Source: Cyanophora paradoxa CCMP329 (lineage: Eukaryota; Plantae; Glaucophyta). From it: 64,000 nucleotides of DNA. Both the position numbers and the translations under genes were made by a program. Every line of letters begins with the position of its first letter. The first letter of the stretch is position 1. The notes beneath the pieces are model-generated. The model was not told where the DNA came from and did no database searches. It worked only from the letters and a program-made list of their open reading frames with translations. This document shows positions 58,401 through 64,000 of this stretch, piece after piece. The stretch lies in the NCBI GenBank assembly GCA_004431415.1, contig QPMI01000672.1, forward strand, positions 34,972-98,971, written 5' to 3'.

Positions 58401-61400
58401 CGCACGCCGCGGGGAGCGACGGGGAGGTTGAGGGGCGGGCCTCCGTCGATAGCAAGAGCCGGCCGTCGGTGGACAAGCACGACAAGGACGACAAGGCGAA
58501 GCCGCGGCAGAGCGTCGAGAGCCACGCCAGCGCCAGCGACGCGAAAGACAAAGCGAAGGAGAAGGACAGGGAGAAGGAGGAGAAGGAGAAGAAGGAAAAG
58601 GAGGAGGGGGAGAAGGACGAGGCCCGCAAGTCGCGGAAGGGCCTCTTTGGGTTCGGCTCCAAGAGCAAGAAGGAGGAGAAGGGGAAGGGCGGGTCCGACG
58701 AGGAGAAGGGTCCGCCCCGCCGCCGCCGCCCGCCTCCGGCCGCCCCCCGCTGACGCGCTGCGCCCGCAGAGAAGGACAAGGCCAAGACCAAGGACACGGA
58801 GAAGGAGGAGAAGGATGGCGACAAGGAGAAGAGTGCGCGAGCTGGCGGCCGGGGCCCACGCCCCGCCCTGCGCCGTTGACTTCGCCGGCAGAGGCGGACA
58901 AGGAGAAGGAGAAGGAGAAGGGGAGGGAGGAGGAGAAGGACGGGGGGTCGGAGCGCTCGGAGTCGGAGAGGAAGAAGGGCGGCCTCTTCGGCTTCGCCTC
59001 GCGGAGCCAGAAGAAGCCGCAGCTCGCCCCGCTCGCCTCCGCCACGGGCAAGGACGACAAGGGCCGGCCCAGCGCCGAGCTCCCCGAGAAGGAGAAGGGC
59101 CACAAGAGCGCCGAGCCCGAGCGGGAGAAGGACAAGGCCGGGAAGGGTGCGCGGCCGCCCGCCTGCCCCCGGCCCGCTCCTCCCACCGATCGCCCCGTAG
59201 ACAAGGAGAAGGAAAAGAAGGACAAAGACAAGGACAAGGAGAAGGAGCACGGCAAGGAGAGGAAGGAGAAGGGCGAGGACAAGGAGACGGAGAAGGATAA
59301 GGACAAGGAGACAGAAGAGGAGGTGCGGCTTGGAGGAGCCTCGTGGTCGCGGGCCCTCCTGCGCCCGGTCCGATTCGCCCCGCAGGCCGACGGCAAGGAC
59401 AAGGACGAAGGCAAGAAGGCCAAGAAGGGCGGCCTCTTCGGGTTCGCCTCGAAGAGCAAGAAGGAGAAGAAGGAGAAGGACGGGGAGGAGGAGAGCGAGC
59501 GGGAGCGGAGCGAGCGGGAGCTGAGCGAGAAGAGCGAGGGGAAGAGCAAGCGCACGCTCGGCGGCCTCTTCTCCAAGAGCAAGAAGGAGGAGGAGAAGGC
59601 CAAGTCCAAGCGTGCGCCGCCCCGCCGCGCCCCTCGCCGCCCGCTCCCCCGCCGCCCGCCGACGCCCCCGGCAGCGACGACGCCGACGCACGCCGCGGGG
59701 AGCGACGGGGAAGGCGCGAAGGAGAAGGAGAAAGACAAGGAGAAGGAGAAAGACAAGGAGAAGGAGGAAAAGAAGGGCAAGGAGAAGGCGAAGGCAAAGG
59801 AGAAGGCCGTGGCGAAGGATGGTGCACCCGCGCCCAGGTCGCATCGCCCGGGCGGCGCTCCCTCACCGATTTTGACGCAGATGAGAAGCCCATGGAGAAG
59901 GACAAGAAGGAGAAGGGGAAAGAGAAGGGTGCGCGGGGAGGCGGCTGCGGTGCCCCGCCCCGCCGCCGACCTCGGGGGCGGCAGGGAAGGCGAACGAGAA
60001 GGGGGGGTCGGGCTCAAGCTCGAGCAGCTCCGAGGAGGAGAAGGCCAGGGAGCAGGCCGAGGAGCGGGCGGCCCGCAAGCGATCCGCGGACGACGGCGCC
60101 GGCATCGGAGGCGCCGCGGAGGGGCGGGCGGGAGGGGAGGCGGGCGGGCGCCGGGGCAGCAAGCTGCGGGAGCGGTCGCGCTCGCGGTCGCCCATCCCGA
60201 AGTCCTTCGAGGCCGGCGCGGGGGCCGGGGCCGCGCCCCCCGGCCCCGAGTCGGCGCGCTCGCAGCTGCGGCCGGAGCACCGGCCGCGGAGCCGGCGGGC
60301 GACCCGACCGGGGGGCGACGCCCACGGGGGCGCCACCCCGCCCGAGGCCACCCCGCGGCAGCCGGCGCGACGCCCGCGCGGAGCTGCCGCCCGTGGCGGA
60401 GCGCGCCGGCGAGGAGGAGGGGCGGGCCAAGGCGAAGGGCGCGTCCCCCGGGCCTCGGCGCCGGGGCCGGGGCGCTCGCTGAGGGGCGGGGGCAGGGAAG
60501 CGGGGGGAGAAGGGGCGCAAGAAGGCGGCCGGGAGCCGCGAGGGGAGCGGCGCCTCGAGCAGCTCGAGCGGCTCGAGCGACGAGGGCGCCGCCGCCCCCG
60601 CCGAGCGCCGCCGCCCCCGCCGCGAGAAGAAGAAGGAGGCGGAGGAGGGGTCCAGGAAGGGCCGCAAGGAGCGCAAGGAGGGTGCCAAGTCGGAGGCGGA
60701 GGGGCGGGCGGACGACGAGCAGGGCGCCGGCGGCTCGCGCAAGCCGCGCAGGGAGCGCCGCCGCTCCAGGACGCCCGCCGCCGCTGAGAAGGAGAAGGAG
60801 CCGCCGGCGCCAGCCAAGTCGGAGGGGGAGGTGCGCGGGGCCGGCCCCTCCGCTCCCGCCCCCTCCCCTCCCGCGACCGGCGGCCGCAGCCGGAGGCCAA
60901 GGGCGGGCGCCTCGCTCGCCTCTTCTCCCGCAGCAAGTCGGCGCGCCACGCCCCGCCCCGCCCCGCCCTCCCGGCGCCCCTCACGCCCCGCGCCGCAGCC
61001 GAAGCGCGCCGGCGAGGAGAGCGAGAAGGAGGAGAAGAAGGCGCAGGAGCGGCCCGTCGTGCCCAAGGCGCGCCCCGCCGGGGCGGCGGAGCGGCGGGGC
61101 GAGAGCTGGGGCCGGCTGGGCTGAGGCGGGGCGGCGGGGCGCGCAGGTGGACCTGACGAAGATGCGGCCGTTCACGGAGTGGCCCAAGCCGCCCTCCACG
61201 CCCCACGTCCCCGAGAGGGCCGAGCTCTTCGGCCCCGAGACCCCCGCCGAGAAGCGCGCCGCCCTCTTCCCCCTCTCTCCTGCCGCCGGGCGCGGCGCCG
61301 TGCGAGCGACGCGGCGGCAGGTTCGAGGGCCACATCGCGAGTATCAAAGTGCTGCGGAGCGACCCGCTTCGCTCCTCCCTCAAGCTCATCCACCCCCTCG

Positions 61401-64000
61401 TCCGCGTCTCCATCGTCGGTGCGCGCCTCCCGCGGGGCGGCCGCGCGCGCCGGCCGAGCGGGCGCCCGGCAGACCTGAAGACGGGCCGCTTCGTGAAGAA
61501 GTCGGACCCGCGGCGGCCGGCCGTCGCCCAGTACGAGAGCACGACACCCCTCACCGGAGACGCCAAGGAGAAGGCGCGCCTCCCCTTCCGAGCACAGGCG
61601 CCCGGCCGCCGCCGGCCCGCCGGCGAGCACGGCGCGCGCAGGAGCTGGAGTACATCCTGCCGGTGATGACGCAGCCGTACGGGCTGCGGGGCAACGCGGC
61701 GGGGCTGGCGTGCGCGTGGGGCGAGGAGATCGTGGTGAACGAGTCGTACCTGGACCTGCTGGACGCGCAACACGCCGTCTTCTTCGAGGTCCTCGACTTC
61801 AGCCCGAACATCGACATGGCCAAGCGCGCCCCCCCGGCCCCGCCCGCCCTCCCGCCCCCGGCCGCCGCTGACGAGGGCCCCGCCGGCAGGCACCCGGACG
61901 GCTTCTACCACATCGCCTGGGCCTTCCTCCGCCTCGTCTCCTTCTCCGGCAAGGCCAACACCGAGCGCGAGGCCCGCCCCGCCCCGCCCCTCCCTTCCAC
62001 GCCCCGCCCCTCCTCACCCTCACGCCCCCGGCCCTCCCTCCCGCAGGTGCGGCTGCAGCTGTACAAGTACATCCCGACGGGGCACCGCTGGCCCCACTAC
62101 ATCGACATCCCCGAGGCGCGCCCCGCCCCGCCCTGCGTTCTAGCTTCAAAGGGTCGTTTTGCCAGCGGGCCGCCCGGCGCAGGTGTACCACTCGTGGCGG
62201 ATGACGTACAACGGGAAGGTGGAGCGGGAGGCGTACCCCTCGACCCTGTACGTGCACGTGCGGGGCATCCCGCGGCCGGAGCGCCGCTACGTGCAGGGCG
62301 TGCGGCCCCTCAACCCCCTTCAGGTCCCCTCCCTCCCCCTCCTGCGCCCCCGCGCGCGCACCGCGGCACTGTCGAGCGGGCGGGCGGGCCGCAGGAGGAG
62401 CGGGGGCGCCTGACGGACAAGGAGCTGCTGGCGTCGCGCGAGTCGGCCCTCGGCGGCGGCCTCGGCTCGCCGGGCGCCGAGGCGGCCGCCACGCCCCGCG
62501 CCCTCTCGCAGGAGGCGCTCGAGCGGCGCGCGCGGCGGCGCGAGGCGGCGCAGGAGTGCCGCTACCCCAACTCCATCTGGCACCGCTTCGACGCCGGCGA
62601 GAAGTGCGCCCGCCCGCGCCCCTCTCCCGCACCGCCTCGCGGCCCGCCCCTCAGCGGGGCGCGCAGGGGCTGCTTCGCGCTGAGCTTCTCGCACGACGGG
62701 CGCTTTCTGGCGGCGGCGGTCTCGGACCGGGCCGTCTTCCCCATCCGCATCTACTCGGTGGAGACGGGGAAGCACCGGACGCTCGCCGGGCATCACAACC
62801 TCGTCTACGACATCGCCTGGTCCGCCGACGACTCGGAGCTCCTCACCGCCTCCTCCGACGGCACCGCCAAGGCGCCCCGCCCGCCCGCCCGCCGGCCTTG
62901 CCGCAGACCGGAGGCTGACGCCGGAGGGCGCGGCAGATCTGGGTGGTGGGGCGGCCCTCGGCGCACGGCCCCGGCGGGAGGACGACGCGGGGCGGCGAGA
63001 GCGAGCGGCGGCGGGAGGAGGAGCAGCGGGAGAAGGAGAAGGAGAAGGAGAAGGAGCGGAGGAGGAAGGAAGAGCGGGGCAGCAGGAGCGGCACGGACGA
63101 GGAGGGGAACGCCGGGGGCGCCTCGCGGGAGGGCAGCGAGCAGGGCCGCAGCCGCCGCCGCGTGCGCCTGCGGGAGCCGGCGCCCGAGGACGAGGCGGAG
63201 GAGAAGGCGTCGGGCGACGGGCCCTCCACGCCCCCCGCCTCGGCCGCCCCCACGCCCTCCTCCTCCCGCACGGACTACTGCGCGCGCACCTTCCCCCACA
63301 CGGGGTACGTGTACGCGGCCCAGTTCCACCCGACGGCGACGGAGCCGCGGCTGGTGGCGACGGCGGGGTACGACAAGATCATCCGGCTGTGGGATCGGGA
63401 GCGGGGCGTCGTGCTGCGGGAGCTCGCGGGGCACGCGAGCCACGTCAACTCCATCCTCTTCGACAAGGCGGGCCCCTCGCCCCGCCCCCGCCCCGGCCCC
63501 TCTCACGCCGCCCCCGCAGCACTCGGCGAAGCTCTATTCGGCGGACGGCGCGGGGGTCGTCAAGGTCTGGAGCCCGCCCCTCGGCTACGACGGTTCGCTG
63601 CGCTCCCTCCGCCCCCCCGCCCCCGCGCGGGGCCCGAGCGCGACGCACAGCGCTCGGGGCGGGGGCGAGCTCGGACCCGACGCGCAAGTCCGCCGAGCAG
63701 CCGCTCGCCCCGATCCACGGTCCCGCCCCCGCCCCGGCCCCGCAGCCCGGCACCCCAGGACGCTCCTGATCATGAGCGACGCCGGGCCCCCCTCGCAGAG
63801 TACCACTTCGTGTGCAACATCGACGCGCGGGAGGGCGGGCCGGTGCGCGCCGCCCCCCGCGGGCACCCGGGCGCCTGGGGCGGGGCCGACGCGGCGGCAG
63901 CCGCCGGGGACGTCCATCACGGCGATCCGGCGGCACCCCTTCTTCCAGCGCATCCTCGTCCAGACCCGCGACAACCGCCTCAGGCGCCCCGCGGCCCCCC
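55453..64000 (+). CDS. AHI1: Jouberin/AHI1 (C2-like + WD40 ciliary transition-zone protein) with long charged repetitive N-terminal extension; runs off the window
   Basis: From ~61150: HPLVRVSIVDLKTGRFVKK, YILPVMTQPY, WGEEIVVNE, FEVLDF, IAWAFLRL, RLQLY, YPSTLYV, CRYPN, GCFALSFSHDG, GHHNLVYDIAWS, TASSDGTAK, HTGYVYAAQFHP, GYDKIIRLWD. Continuity with the upstream K/E-rich exons is inferred from unbroken exon/intron alternation. Confidence 0.85.
56362..59711 (+). repeat. Near-identical intragenic exon+intron duplications in the AHI1 N-terminus
   Basis: ~56362-56665 matches ~58493-58797 (partial third copy ~57618-57794); ~58132-58423 matches ~59418-59711; introns are copied along with exons. Confidence 0.88.

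Noticed and set aside
55453-59900. Regularly recurring ~30-bp motif resembling a CRISPR array
   Set aside because: These are coding repeats with synonymous variation and irregular spacing, in a eukaryotic gene with no cas genes nearby.
15535-63974. Many long Arg/Pro/Gly/Ala-rich ORFs (e.g. 15736-18339, 26385-29087, 57532-59844)
   Set aside because: Stop-poor shadow frames of very GC-rich DNA that run through introns or antisense to real genes.

Overview
Eukaryotic nuclear DNA, probably from a GC-rich flagellated alga with a primary plastid. Phe-containing transit peptides (MAFAGSFV, PAFVVA), an RWP-RK gene, a plant-like tRNA-Ile(TAT), cilia genes and ~50-100 nt GC-rich introns suggest a glaucophyte such as Cyanophora (inference). 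Bases 1-15286 are a transposon nest. An intact ~8.6-kb L1/Tx1-like LINE (243-8849, minus strand, 13-bp TSD, TTC tail) is inserted antisense into the 3' UTR of a truncated copy of its own family. That copy sits inside an AT-rich ~1.9-kb non-autonomous element with rolling-circle (Helitron-like) hallmarks, and two more copies of this element are nested inside the first at A|T sites without TSDs. Bases 15.3-64 kb are gene-dense and intron-rich: two CEP164-like WW genes, tRNA-Ile, MSH3, NmrA-like, AIF, a double-GST_N/thioredoxin protein, a TKL kinase, an MDR dehydrogenase, a Gly-rich membrane protein, a PH-domain protein, a Tgl2-like lipase, TERT, an RWP-RK-PAS-PAS transcription factor, and Jouberin/AHI1 with a very long GLFG-motif N-terminal extension. 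Most long ORFs in the supplied track are GC-rich shadow frames. Gene models were spliced by eye, so some starts are uncertain.
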